Positions 12,925 through 23,989 of a stretch of 36,717 bases of DNA are shown in pieces. The stretch is from Chiloscyllium plagiosum (lineage: Eukaryota): positions 3,167,197-3,203,913 of the forward strand of contig NC_057755.1 in the NCBI RefSeq assembly GCF_004010195.1. Reading direction: 5' to 3'. The notes beneath the pieces are model-generated. The model did not search any database. It was given only the letters and a program-made list of their open reading frames with translations, and was not told where the DNA came from. The position numbers and the translations under genes were made by a program. Numbering within the stretch: the stretch's first letter is position 1; each line of letters begins with the position of its first letter.

Positions 12925-13588
12925 CCCTGTTAACATGAGAAATTACAATTATCACTATTCACATTCATAATGGAGCTAGCTATACAATCATGAATCCAAC
13001 AATCTAAGAAGCCATTCAGCCCTCGTCTCTTTACCACAGTGGCTGTAAGGGGGAGTGCTATACAATAAGGGGTTGCAGTGCAGAGGGAGTGCTGTACAAT
13101 CAGGGGAGGCAATAGAGACAGAGTGCTACACAATCACAGGGACAGTACCCAGGGAGTGCAGCACTGTCAGATGCCAGTACAAAGGGAGTACTGCAATGTC
13201 ACCAGGCAGTATAGACGGAATGCCATACCATCGGGAGAAGCACAGAGGGAGTGCTGCACTGTCAGGGCGGCCATACAGAGTAAGTGATGCACCAGAGTTG
13301 TCAGGCCTTAGACAGCAAACTCAGGGAGTCCGTATTGACAGCATTACACTGTATTGTGAGACATGATTATGGGAGAGCTACAATGTTGATGGTGTCACTA
13401 TCAGGTGAGATGTTAAACCAAGACACGTCTGCCCTCTTTCAGTGTTCAGTCACTGTTGTCATGTTGGGAAACACAATGGCCCATTTGTGCAAAGCAAGAT
13501 GCATCAAATAACACTATGCTAAATGAGCACTTTCAGAAAGCAGCTGTATGAGAGAGAGAGAGTGTCAGCAAAGTTTCGTCCAACTCAT

Positions 13589-13630
13589 TTGATCCACACT
13601 TCCCCTTTCAAATCTGACCCTTGACCCCAC
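13589..13630 (-). pseudogene. Dead 42-nt microexon copy (VGSRVRFERGSVDQ)
   Basis: Exact 42-nt spacing, but the donor reads atgagt (GT>AT) and the polypyrimidine tract is deleted. Confidence 0.6.
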
Positions 13631-14208
13631 CTGGAAAGCACTTGGAAGTTCGCTATGCCACCATTTTCAATTAACTTGCAACTAATTTACTAAATAAATA
13701 CTCAGGATGCAGTTTTTAGAACTCACTGAAATTACCATGTAGCCTGCTATTCACAACCAGGATTTCTTGAGTTATACTTCATAATGGAGTTAGCTACACA
13801 ATCTTGAATCTAACAATCCAAGAAGCCATTCAGACCTCATCCCTGTACAATGGTGGGTGGGGGAAAGCACAGTTCAGAGGGAGGGCTGCACTGTCAGAGG
13901 GCGTACTGCATTGTCAGGGGATAAATGCTTCCACAGCAAACTCCGGGAATCTGTACTGAACAGCATTACACTGTTTTCAGAGACATGACTGAGAACTGCA
14001 ATGTTGACAGTGTCAATGCAAGCAAGATATTAAACTATGGCTCTGTCAGCCTTCCTTCAATGGACAGTCACTGTTGTCACATGGTCCACACAATGTCCAA
14101 ACTCTGCAGGGATAAACATTATAAAGAATACTGTGATAAAGGAGCACTTTTGGAAATCAGCTATGTGAAGACAACAAATCTGTCTTGATAAAGCATTTTC
14201 TCCCTCAC

Positions 14209-14250
14209 CAGATCTGTATCCGTCTTCAAAATTACTGACTTTGTTCCTTT
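14209..14250 (-). CDS. 42-nt microexon KGTKSVILKTDTDL
   Basis: CTAAC branch point, ttcttttcag acceptor, CTG|gtgagg donor. Confidence 0.72.
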
Positions 14251-14560
14251 CTGAAAAGAAATGAAGAAAACATTTGGATGTTAGCAGTGTCACTGTTACC
14301 AAACACACTGGAATTAATTTCTCTTGAGTTACCAGTTAACATGGGAAATTCCCATTATCACTGCTCACATTCATTATTCTGTTAGATACACAATCATGAA
14401 TCACTGCGATAAATGCGAACTGTCAGAAAAAAGCTAAGCAAGGGAGACAAATGCGAGGTTACCCTGTAGCCAGCTGGTCACAGGTAGGAACTGCCTTGTC
14501 ACCTATTAACGTGGGAAACTACTATGATTGCTCCTCACATTTGTAATTATGTTAATGACA

Positions 14561-16020
14561 AGACGGCCTTTGTGTGGAGCCTCAGAAAATGGGGGAGATA
14601 TTAAATGAATATTTTGCATCAGTATTTACTGTGGAAAAGGATATAGAAGATATAGACTGTAGGGAAATAGATGGTGACATCTTGCAAAATGTCCAGATTA
14701 CAGAGGAGGAAGTGCTGGATGTCTTGAAACGGTTAAAGGTGGATAAATCCCCAAGACCTGATCAGGTGTACCCGAGAACTCTGTGGGAAGCTAGAGAAGT
14801 GATTCCTGGGCCTCTTGCTGAGATATTTGTATCATCGATAGTCACAGGTGAGGTGCCAGAAGACTGGAGGTTGGCAAACGTGGTGCCACTGTTTAAGAAG
14901 GGCAGTAAAGNNNNNNNNNNNNNNNNNNNNNNNNNNNNNNNNNNNNNNNNNNNNNNNNNNNNNNNNNNNNNNNNNNNNNNNNNNNNNNNNNNNNNNNNNN
15001 NNNNNNNNNNNNNNNNNNNNNNNNNNNNNNNNNNNNNNNNNNNNNNNNNNNNNNNNNNNNNNNNNNNNNNNNNNNNNNNNNNNNNNNNNNNNNNNNNNNN
15101 NNNNNNNNNNNNNNNNNNNNNNNNNNNNNNNNNNNNNNNNNNNNNNNNNNNNNNNNNNNNNNNNNNNNNNNNNNNNNNNNNNNNNNNNNNNNNNNNNNNN
15201 NNNNNNNNNNNNNNNNNNNNNNNNNNNNNNNNNNNNNNNNNNNNNNNNNNNNNNNNNNNNNNNNNNNNNNNNNNNNNNNNNNNNNNNNNNNNCTAGGGAG
15301 TGTTGCTGAACAAAGAGACCTTGGAGTGCAGGTTCATAGCTCCTCGAAAGTGGAGTCGCAGGTAGATAGGATAGTGAAGGCAGCGTTTGGTATGCTTTCC
15401 TTTATTGGTCACAGTATTGAGTACAGGAGTTGGGAGGTCATGTTGTGGCTGTACAGGACATTGGTTAGGCCACTGTTGGAATATTGCAAGTCTGGTCTCC
15501 TTCCTATCGTAAAGATGTTGTGAAACTTGAAAGGGTTGAGAAAAGATTTACAAGGATGTTACCAGGGTTGGAGGATCTGAGCCACAGGGAGAGGCTGAAC
15601 AGGCTGGGGCTGTTTTTCCTAGAGCTTCGGAGGCTGAGGGGTGACCTTACAGAGGTTTACAAAATTATGAGGGGCATGGATAGGATAAATAGACAAAGTC
15701 TTTACCCTGGGGTCGGGGACTCAAGAACTAGAGGGCATAGATTTAGGGTCAGAGGGGAAAGATATAAAAGAGACCTCGGGGCAGCTTTTTCACGCAGAGG
15801 GTGGTACGTGTTTGGAATGAGCTGCCAGAGAATGTGGTGGAGGCTGGTACAATTGCAACATTTAAGAGGCATTTGGATGGGTATATGAATAGGAAGAGTT
15901 TGGAGGGATATGGGCCGGGTGCTGGCAGGTGGGACTAGATTGGGTTGGGACATCTGGTTAGCATGGACGGGTTGGACCAAAGGGTCTGTTTCCATGCTGT
16001 ACATTTCTATGACTCTATGA
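14561..16020 (+). mobile_element. CR1 LINE (5'-truncated, spans an assembly gap)
   Basis: ORF pieces LNEYFASVFT, GEVPEDWRLANVVPLFKKG and RRLRGDLTEVYKIMRG; ctatgactctatga tail; atgaca at both ends. Confidence 0.92.
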
Positions 16021-16377
16021 CACACTCAAGAATGTTCCAGCCCAGGGAACCATTCAGCAGTCATTCATGTGACAGCTAGAGGGCTCCACTGTCAGGGGTC
16101 AGTACTGAGACAGCAAACTCAGGGAGTCTGCACTGACATCATTACACTGTTTTCAGAGACACAGTGAAGGAAGAGCTGTAATGTTGATGGTCAGATCTGA
16201 TGTTAAAGCAAGGCTTTGCCTCCCTTTCAGTGTAAAGTCACTGTTGTCATGTCAGTAAACATAACATCCAATTTATCCAAGTAAAATCTCTCAAATAACA
16301 TTGTGATAATTGACAACGTTGAGAAAAACAGCGATGCAGGGTGATGAATTGGTCACGGTCAAGATGTTTAACCTCAC

Positions 16378-16410
16378 CTGATCTGTTCTTATTGAAATTT
16401 TTGACACAGT
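16378..16410 (-). CDS. 33-nt microexon variant TVSKISIRTDQ
   Basis: gatttctttccag acceptor, CAG|gtgagg donor, 11 open codons; branch point diverged. Confidence 0.55.
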
Positions 16411-16639
16411 CTGGAAAGAAATCACCATACCATGTGGGTGCTGGCAGTGTCATTGCTGCCAAATACAATGGAATTAATTTCCTGAGAAAATGTCAAGGAT
16501 TCAGTAGTTCCAGACGCTGTCAGGTTACCAGCTGCTACCTGCACACTTACCTGTTAACAAATTACCCTGACTACTGTTCACATTCATAACCCTAGTTCCA
16601 CAACAATGAACGTTACAACCCAGGAAGCTATGCAGCACT

Positions 16640-17610
16640 CCCCTCTGTATCACAGTGGACAATCGGGGGGGGAAGGCTAGATATATTAAGCTGTCTCATG
16701 GTGGGCAATCAGGAGGATGCTGGATGTATTACGGTGGGCANNNNNNNNNNNNNNNNNNNNNNNNNNNNNNNNNNNNNNNNNNNNNNNNNNNNNNNNNNNN
16801 NNNNNNNNNNNNNNNNNNNNNNNNNNNNNNNNNNNNNNNNNNNNNNNNNNNNNNNNNNNNNNNNNNNNNNNNNNNNNNNNNNNNNNNNNNNNNNNNNNNN
16901 NNNNNNNNNNNNNNNNNNNNNNNNNNNNNNNNNNNNNNNNNNNNNNNNNNNNNNNNNNNNNNNNNNNNNNNNNNNNNNNNNNNNNNNNNNNNNNNNNNNN
17001 NNNNNNNNNNNNNNNNNNNNNNNNNNNNNNNNNNNNNNNNNNNNNNNNNNNNNNNNNNNNNNNNNNNNNNNNNNNNNNNNNNNNNNNNNNNNNNNNNNNN
17101 NNNNNNNNNNNNTATTACTCTGTATCATAGTGGGCAATCGGGGGGGAGGCTGGATGTATTACTCTGTATCATGGTGGGCTATCGGGGGAGGGGAGGCTGG
17201 GTGTATTACTCTGTATCATGGTGGGCCATCGGGGGGAGGCTGGATGTATTGCTCTGTATCATGGTGGGCAATCGGGGGGAGGCTGGATGTATTACTCTGT
17301 ATCATGGTGGGCTATCGGGGGAGGGGAGGCTGGGTGTATTACTCTGTATCATGGTGGGCCATCGGGGGGAGGCTGGATGTATTGCTCTGTATCATGGTGG
17401 GCAATCGGGGGGAGGCTGGATGTATTACTCTGTATCATGGTGGGCTATCGGGGGAGGGGAGGCTGGGTGTATTACTCTGTATCATGGTGGGCCATCGGGG
17501 GGAGGCTGGATGTATTGCTCTGTATCATGGTGGGCAATCGGGGGGAGGCTGGATGTATTACTCTGTATCATGGTGGGAAATTGGCGGGGGTGGGGAGGCT
17601 GGATGTATTA
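16640..17610. repeat. G-rich 43/47-bp minisatellite with a 133-bp three-unit higher-order repeat
   Basis: Unit TATTACTCTGTATCATGGTGGGCAATCGGGGGGAGGCTGGATG; the gctatc variant recurs every 133 bp; spans a gap. Confidence 0.92.
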
Positions 17611-18068
17611 CACAGTTACAGAGAACTGCACACAGCAAGGGCTCTGTAGAAAGAGTGTGCTGCATCATCTGGCTGGTCGTACAGAGGGTGTGCTGCACTG
17701 TCAGGAGGGGCAGCACACAGTGAGTGTTGCACTGTAAGGGAGAAATATACCGAGCTGGAGATGCACCTTCAGGGGGTCAGTATTGAGACAACAAGCTCAA
17801 GAAGTTTGTACTGACGACATTACGCTGTCTTCAGAGTTTCAAGGAAGTGAGAGTTGCAATGTTGGTGGGGTCACTGGCAGGCAGGGTAATAAACCAAGGC
17901 TCTCTCTCTGCTCTGAGTCGCTATGCAGTCCCTGTTGTCAGGGAGCCAACATAACTTTCAACTTCAGCAGGGAAAGATCTCTCAAATAACACAGCAACGA
18001 ATGAGCACTTTCACAAAACAGCCATGAGGTTGAAAAATCTGTCTTCATGATTGCCCATTTGCCCTCAC

Positions 18069-18108
18069 CAGATCTGTACTCTTCATCGCAAATCCTGTCC
18101 CTGACAGT
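18069..18108 (-). pseudogene. Dead microexon copy (TVSRTALAMKSTDP type)
   Basis: Donor gtgagg intact, but the acceptor AG is lost (forward ttgg instead of ctgg) and there is a small deletion. Confidence 0.55.
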
Positions 18109-18734
18109 TTGGGATTCAAATCACCGAAACATTTGGATGTTAACAGTGTCACTGTCATCAAATACAATGTACATTATAATTAATTTACTGAGAAAACGGG
18201 AAAGATGTAGTATTCAACGCCCCATGAGACACCATGTAGACTGCCCGTCACAGGTAAAAACTGCAGGGTTACCTGATCGCCTGGGAAATTACCATTATCC
18301 TAGCTTACATTCATATTGGAGTTAGCTACACAATCTTCAATCTAACAACTCAAGAAGAGATTCAGACCTCATCGCTGTACTATGGGGGGCAGTACAGAGG
18401 GAGGGCTGCACTGTTAGGGGCAGTACACAGGGAGTGCTGCTCTATCAGGGGATAAATGCTTCCACAGCAAACTTCGGGAATCTGTACTGACGGCATTACA
18501 CTGTTTTCAGAGACATGACTGAGAGCTGCAATGTTGACAGTGTCAATGCAAGCAAGATGTTAAACTATGGCTCTGTCGGCCTTCTTTCAGTGGGCAGTCA
18601 CTGTTGTCACATGGTCAACACAATGTCCAACTCCTGCTGGGACAAATATTATAAATGTGTGAGAAAGGAGCATTTTCAGGAAACAGCTATGCGAGTACAT
18701 CAAATCTGTCTTGATAAAGCATCTTCTCCCTCAC

Positions 18735-18776
18735 CAGATCTGTACCCTTCTTCAAAATGCCTGACTTCGCCCCTTT
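18735..18776 (-). CDS. 42-nt microexon KGAKSGILKKGTDL
   Basis: CTAAC, tttctttccag, CTG|gtgagg. Confidence 0.75.
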
Positions 18777-19499
18777 CTGGAAAGAAATGAAGAAAACATT
18801 TGGATGTTAGCAGTGTCAGTGTTACCAAACACACTGGGATTAATTTCCAGAGAGAACACTCAGAATTCATTAGTTTGGGACCCCATGGGGTTACCATGAA
18901 GCCGATTAATTACAGCTAGTAACGGTGCGGTTACCTGTTAACCCGGAAAATTGCCTTTATCATGTCCACATTCAAAACGATGCTAGATACATAATCATGA
19001 ATCTTACAATGAATGAATCCATTCAGCCCCGACCCCTTTTACCAGGATTGCAGTGCAGATGGAGTACTGTGCCTATGGGATACAGTACAGAGTGAGTGCG
19101 GAAGGCAGCATCATCAGGGAGACTATACACAGCGAGTGTTACATGTTCAGGAGGCTATGTGGAGGGAGTACTGCACTGTCAGGGAGGCTGAACAGACTGA
19201 ATGTCTGTGGGTAAGCACTGAGACAGCAAACTCAGCAAATCTGTACTGACACCATTACCCTGTTTGCAGAGACACAATTAAGTGTGAGCTGCAATATTGT
19301 CACTGTCACTATCAGGAGAGATGTTAAACCAAAGTTCTGTCTGCCCTTTTTCAGTTTTTTATGTTGTCATGTGGGCAACATAAATGTCCAATTTCTGCTG
19401 AAAAAGATCTCTCAAATAACACTGCAATGACTGAGCACTTTCCAAACACAGCTACATGAGGCCAGCCAAATGTCACAGTAATGGTCCATTTGCCCTCAC

Positions 19500-19541
19500 C
19501 GGATCTGTACTCTTCATCGCAAGTGCTGTCCTCGACACAGT
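19500..19541 (-). CDS. 42-nt microexon TVSRTALAMKSTDP
   Basis: CTAAC, gatttgtttccag, CCG|gtgagg. Confidence 0.75.
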
Positions 19542-20127
19542 CTGGAAACAAATCACCAAAATATTTGGATGTTAGCAGTGTTGCTGATGTCAAGTACATT
19601 ATATTTTAATTACTGAGAAAACAGGAAAGATGTAGTATTCAACGCCCCATGAGATACCATGTAGACTGCCCATCACAGCTAAAAACTGCAGTGTTACCTG
19701 TTCACCTGGGAAATTACCATTATCCCAGTTTACATTCATAATGGAGTTAGTGGACAATCATACATCTAACAACCCAAGAAACCATTCACACCTCATCCCT
19801 GTACTATGGGGCAGTACAGAGGGAGGGCTGCACTGTCAGGGGATAAATGTTTATACAGCAAACTCAGAGTCTGTACTGACAGCATGACACTGTGTTCAGA
19901 GACACGATTCAGAGCTGCAATGCTGACAGTGGCAATGCAGGCAAGATGTTAAACTGTGGCTCTGTCTGCCCTGTTTCAATGTACAGTCTCTGTTGTCATG
20001 TGGTCAACATAATATCCAACTTCTGCAGAAACAAATATTTCAGAGAGCACTATGATAAAGGAGCACTTTCAGAAAACAACAACACAAATACAACAAATCT
20101 GTTTTGATAAAGCAATTTCTCCCTCAC

Positions 20128-20169
20128 CAGATCTGTACCCTTCTTCAAAATGCCTGACTTCGTCCCTTT
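20128..20169 (-). CDS. 42-nt microexon KGTKSGILKKGTDL
   Basis: CTAAC, tttctttccag, CTG|gtgagg. Confidence 0.75.
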
Positions 20170-21057
20170 CTGGAAAGAAACAAAGAAAACATTTAGATGT
20201 TAGCAGTGACACTGTTGTCAAAAACACTGGGATTTATTTCCTGACAGAACACTCTGAATTCATTAGTTTGGGACTCCATGAGGTTATCATGAGTCACAGG
20301 TAGTATCTGCATTGTCACCTGCAGACCTTTGAAATTATTATTGTACTGTCCACATTCAAAACTATGTTAGATACATAATCATGAATCTTACAAAGAATGA
20401 AGCCATTTAGCCCCCATCCCCTCTACCAGGATTGCAGTGCAGACGGAGTACTGTGCCTATGGGATACAGTACAGAGTGAGTGCGGACGGCAGCATCATCA
20501 GGGAGACTATACACAGCGAGTGTTACATGTTCAGGAGGCTGTGTGGAGGGAGTACTGCACTGTCAGAGAGGCTGAACAGACTGAATGCTGCATCATCAGT
20601 GGGTAAGCACTGAAACAGCAAACTCAGCGAATCTGTACTGACACCATTACCCTGTTTGCAGAGACACAATTAAATGTGAGCTGAAATGTTGACGGTGTCA
20701 CTATCAGGAGAGATGTTAAACCAAAGTTCTGTCTGCCCTTTTTCAGTGTGCAGTCACTGTTGTTATGTGGGCAACATAATGACCAATTTCTTCCGAGAAA
20801 GATCTCTCAAATAACACTGCAATGACTGAGCACTTTTCAAACACAGCTACATGAGGCCAGCCAAATGTCACAGTAATGGTCCATTTGCCCTCACCGGATC
20901 TGTTTTCAGTGTGCAGTCACTGTTGTCATGTGGGCAACATAATGACCAATTTCTTCCGAGAAAGATCTCTGAAATAACACTGCAATGACTGAGCACTTTT
21001 CAAACACAGCTACATGAGGCCAGCCAAATGTCACAGTAATGGTCCATTTGCCCTCAC

Positions 21058-21099
21058 CGGATCTGTACTCTTCATCGCAAGTGCTGTCCTCGACACAGT
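21058..21099 (-). CDS. 42-nt microexon TVSRTALAMKSTDP
   Basis: CTAAC, gatttgtttccag, CCG|gtgagg. Confidence 0.75.
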
Positions 21100-21686
21100 C
21101 TGGAAACAAATCACCAAAAAGTATGGATGTTAGCAGTGTTACTGCTGCTATGTACTCTATAATTAATTTACTGAGAAAACAGGAAAGATGTAGTATTCAA
21201 CATCCCATGAGATACCATGTAGACTGCCCATCACAGCTAAAAACTGCAGGGTTACCTGTTCATCTGGGAAATTACCATTATCACAGCTTACATTCATAAT
21301 GGAGTTAGCTGGACAATCATACATCTAACAACCCAAGAAGCCATTCACACCATATCCCTGTACTAGTATAGAGTATAGAGGAAGTGCTGCACTGTCAGGG
21401 GATAAATATTTTGACAGCGATCACCGGGAGTCTGTACTGATAGCATGACACTGTGTTCAGAGACACGATTCAGAGCTGCAATGCTGACAGTGGCAATGCA
21501 GGCGAGATATTAAACTGTGGCTCTGTCAGCCTGTTTCAATGTACAGACTCTGTTGTCATGTGGTCAACATAATATCCATCTTCTGCAGAGACAAATATTT
21601 CGAATAGCATATGATAAAGGAGCACTTTCAGAAAACAGCTAAGCGAGTATGACAAATCTGTTTTGATAAAGCAATTTCTCCCTCAC

Positions 21687-21870
21687 CAGATTAGATTAGA
21701 TTAGATTACTTACAGTGTGGAAACAGGCCCTTCGGCCCAACAAGTCCACACCGACCCGCCGAAGCGTAACCCACCCAGACCCATTCTCCTACATTTACCC
21801 CTTCACCTAACACTTCGGGCAATTTAGCATGGCCAATTCACCTTCAAAATTTCTGACTTCTTCCCTTTTT
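21687..21870 (-). pseudogene. Dead KGT-type microexon split by a SINE insertion
   Basis: Donor intact at 21686; exon body interrupted at ~21691-21842; acceptor AG lost (ttgg). Confidence 0.7.
21688..21842 (-). mobile_element. HE1 SINE 3' fragment
   Basis: Reverse complement of ~8297-8445 with an (attag)n tail. Confidence 0.88.
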
Positions 21871-22023
21871 GGAAAGAAATAAAGAAAACATTTGGATGTT
21901 AGCAGTGTCACTGTTGTCAAATACACTGGGATTAATTTCCTTACAGAAATACTCCAGATGGATTAGTTTGAGACTACATGAGGTTACCACGCAGCCCACT
22001 AATCACAGCTAGTACCTACGCGG

Positions 22024-22738
22024 TGGTATGACACGGGGTAATCCCCTCTGCAAATTTAAACCAGCCACACAGAAAAGTTCACCTCACACCCTAATCTGTT
22101 AAAATTCGAGAGGCAAGCAACAATCCGAGAGGTCACTATTTAAAGGAAACATTCACAATTTCATTTTTTACGTACAACAGCGAATATTAAAACCAACAAC
22201 TGTTTACAACTCCTTTCTCTTAAACCGATCTTTTGCCTCCCGCTCAGCAATGCCGGTCCAGTTAAAAATCCTGATTATGATTTACAAAAATAAGATCACA
22301 TTTCAAAATACCAGTCAGCTTTATCAAGTCTCCTTTGTAGATTTTATCTCGGTCAGTTTTAATTTTCTGCTGCGCACATTTCTTATTGACAGGTACCTTT
22401 CAGAGAGTTCTTCAACTCGCAGTCTATATTTGTGATGTACTTGGCAGTTCCCCTTCTAACTGTTCAAAATGTCTAGTTTTATACCCCAAAACATCGGATT
22501 CGTTTCATTGCTTTAATATTATCAAAATCCTAAATTAAAATGTGCTTGGATTTCGGTATCTTGAGGTATAGTTTAAACTGACTGGCCAAATTTGACTTTG
22601 TTTCATGGCAACTCATCTGCAGCTGTTTATTTCCCAAGTGTTACATTGTTACTTTGTTCAGGAGTCTCTGTACTTCGTCAGTCCTTCTAGTTTTTCAATG
22701 CTCTTAAAGGTACAATACAGCTCCACATTTTAATAATA
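22024..22738. mobile_element. Second copy of the probable solo LTR family
   Basis: Colinear similarity to 7560-8574 without the SINE (atgacacggggtaa..., ccaagtgttacattgttac, ctcttaaaggtaca); inserted at gcgg/gccg in the repeat unit. Confidence 0.62.
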
Positions 22739-23318
22739 GCCGTTAACTGTTCACCTTGGAAATTATCAATATACAGTTCACATTCAAAACTACGCCAGAT
22801 ACATAATCATGAATCTTACAATGAAGGAAAGCATTCAGCCCTCATCCCCTTTACCAGGATTGCAGTGCAGACGGAGTACTGTGCCTCTGCGGTACAGTAC
22901 AGAGTGAGTGAGGAAGGCAGCATCATCAGGGAGACTATACACAGCGAGTGTTACATGTTCAGGAGGCTGTGTGGAGGGAGTACTGCACTGTCAGGGAGGC
23001 TGAACAGACTGAATGCTGCATCATCAGTGGGTAAGCACTGAGACAGCAAACTCAGCAAATCTGTACTGACACCATTACCCTGTTTGCAGAGACACAATTA
23101 AGTGTGAGCTGAAATGTTGATGGTGCCACGATCAGGAGAGATGTTAAACCAAAGTTCTGTTTGCCCTTTTCGAGTGTGCAGTCACTGTTGTCATGTGGGC
23201 AACATAATGACCAATTTCTGCCAAGAAAGATCTCTCAAATAATGAATGACTGAGCACTTTCCAAACACAGCTACATGAGGCCAGCCAAATGTCACAGTAA
23301 TGGTTCATTTGCCTTCAC

Positions 23319-23360
23319 CGGATCTGTACTCTTCATCGCAAGTGCTGTCCTCGACACAGT
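23319..23360 (-). CDS. 42-nt microexon TVSRTALAMKSTDP
   Basis: CTAAC, gatttgtttccag, CCG|gtgaag donor variant. Confidence 0.65.
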
Positions 23361-23947
23361 CTGGAAACAAATCACCAAAATATTTGGACGTTAGCAGTGT
23401 TGCTGATGTCAAGTACGTTATAATTTATTTACTGAGAAAACAGGAAAGATGGAGTATTCAACACCCCATGAGATACCATGTAGACTGCCCATCACAGCTA
23501 AAAACTGCAGTGTTACCTGTTCACCTGGGAAATTACCATTATCCCAGTTTACATTCATAATGGAGTTAGCTGGACAATCATACATCTAACAACCCAAGAA
23601 GCCATTCACACCTCAACCCTGTACTATGGGGCAGTACAGAGGGAGGGCTGCACTGTCAGGGGATAAATGTTTATACAGCAAACTCAGAGTCTGTACTGAC
23701 AGCATGACACTGTGTTCAGAGACACGATTCAGAGCTGCAATGTTGACAGTGGCAATGCAGGCAAGATGTTAAACTGTGGCTCTGTCTGCCCTGTTTCAAT
23801 GTACAGTCTCTGTTGTCATGTGGTCAACATAATATCCAACTTCTGCAGAAACAAATATTTCAGAGAGCACTATGATAAAGGAGCACTTTCAGAAAACAAC
23901 AACACAAATACAACAAATCTGTTTTGATAAAGCAATTTCTCCCTCAC

Positions 23948-23989
23948 CAGATCTGTACCCTTCTTCAAAATGCCTGACTTCGTCCCTTT
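23948..23989 (-). CDS. 42-nt microexon KGTKSGILKKGTDL
   Basis: tttctttccag acceptor next to the gap, CTG|gtgagg donor. Confidence 0.7.

Noticed and set aside
19500..20169. Phase-1 reading of the microexons (DCVEDSTCDEEYRS / ERDEVRHFEEGYRS)
   Set aside because: Open in the A/B types but hits TGA in the exons at 1839-6585; phase 0 is open in all exons and matches the 111-nt exon
18047..23927. Recurrent plus-strand ORFs (MVHLPSPDLYSSS..., MFRDTIQSC...)
   Set aside because: Antisense or intronic translations of the repeat unit; stops and frames are not conserved between copies
1839..23989. Ig/TCR J- or D-segment cluster (short segments each followed by a splice donor)
   Set aside because: No FGxG/WGxG motif and no heptamer-spacer-nonamer RSS; each segment is preceded by a branch point and splice acceptor instead
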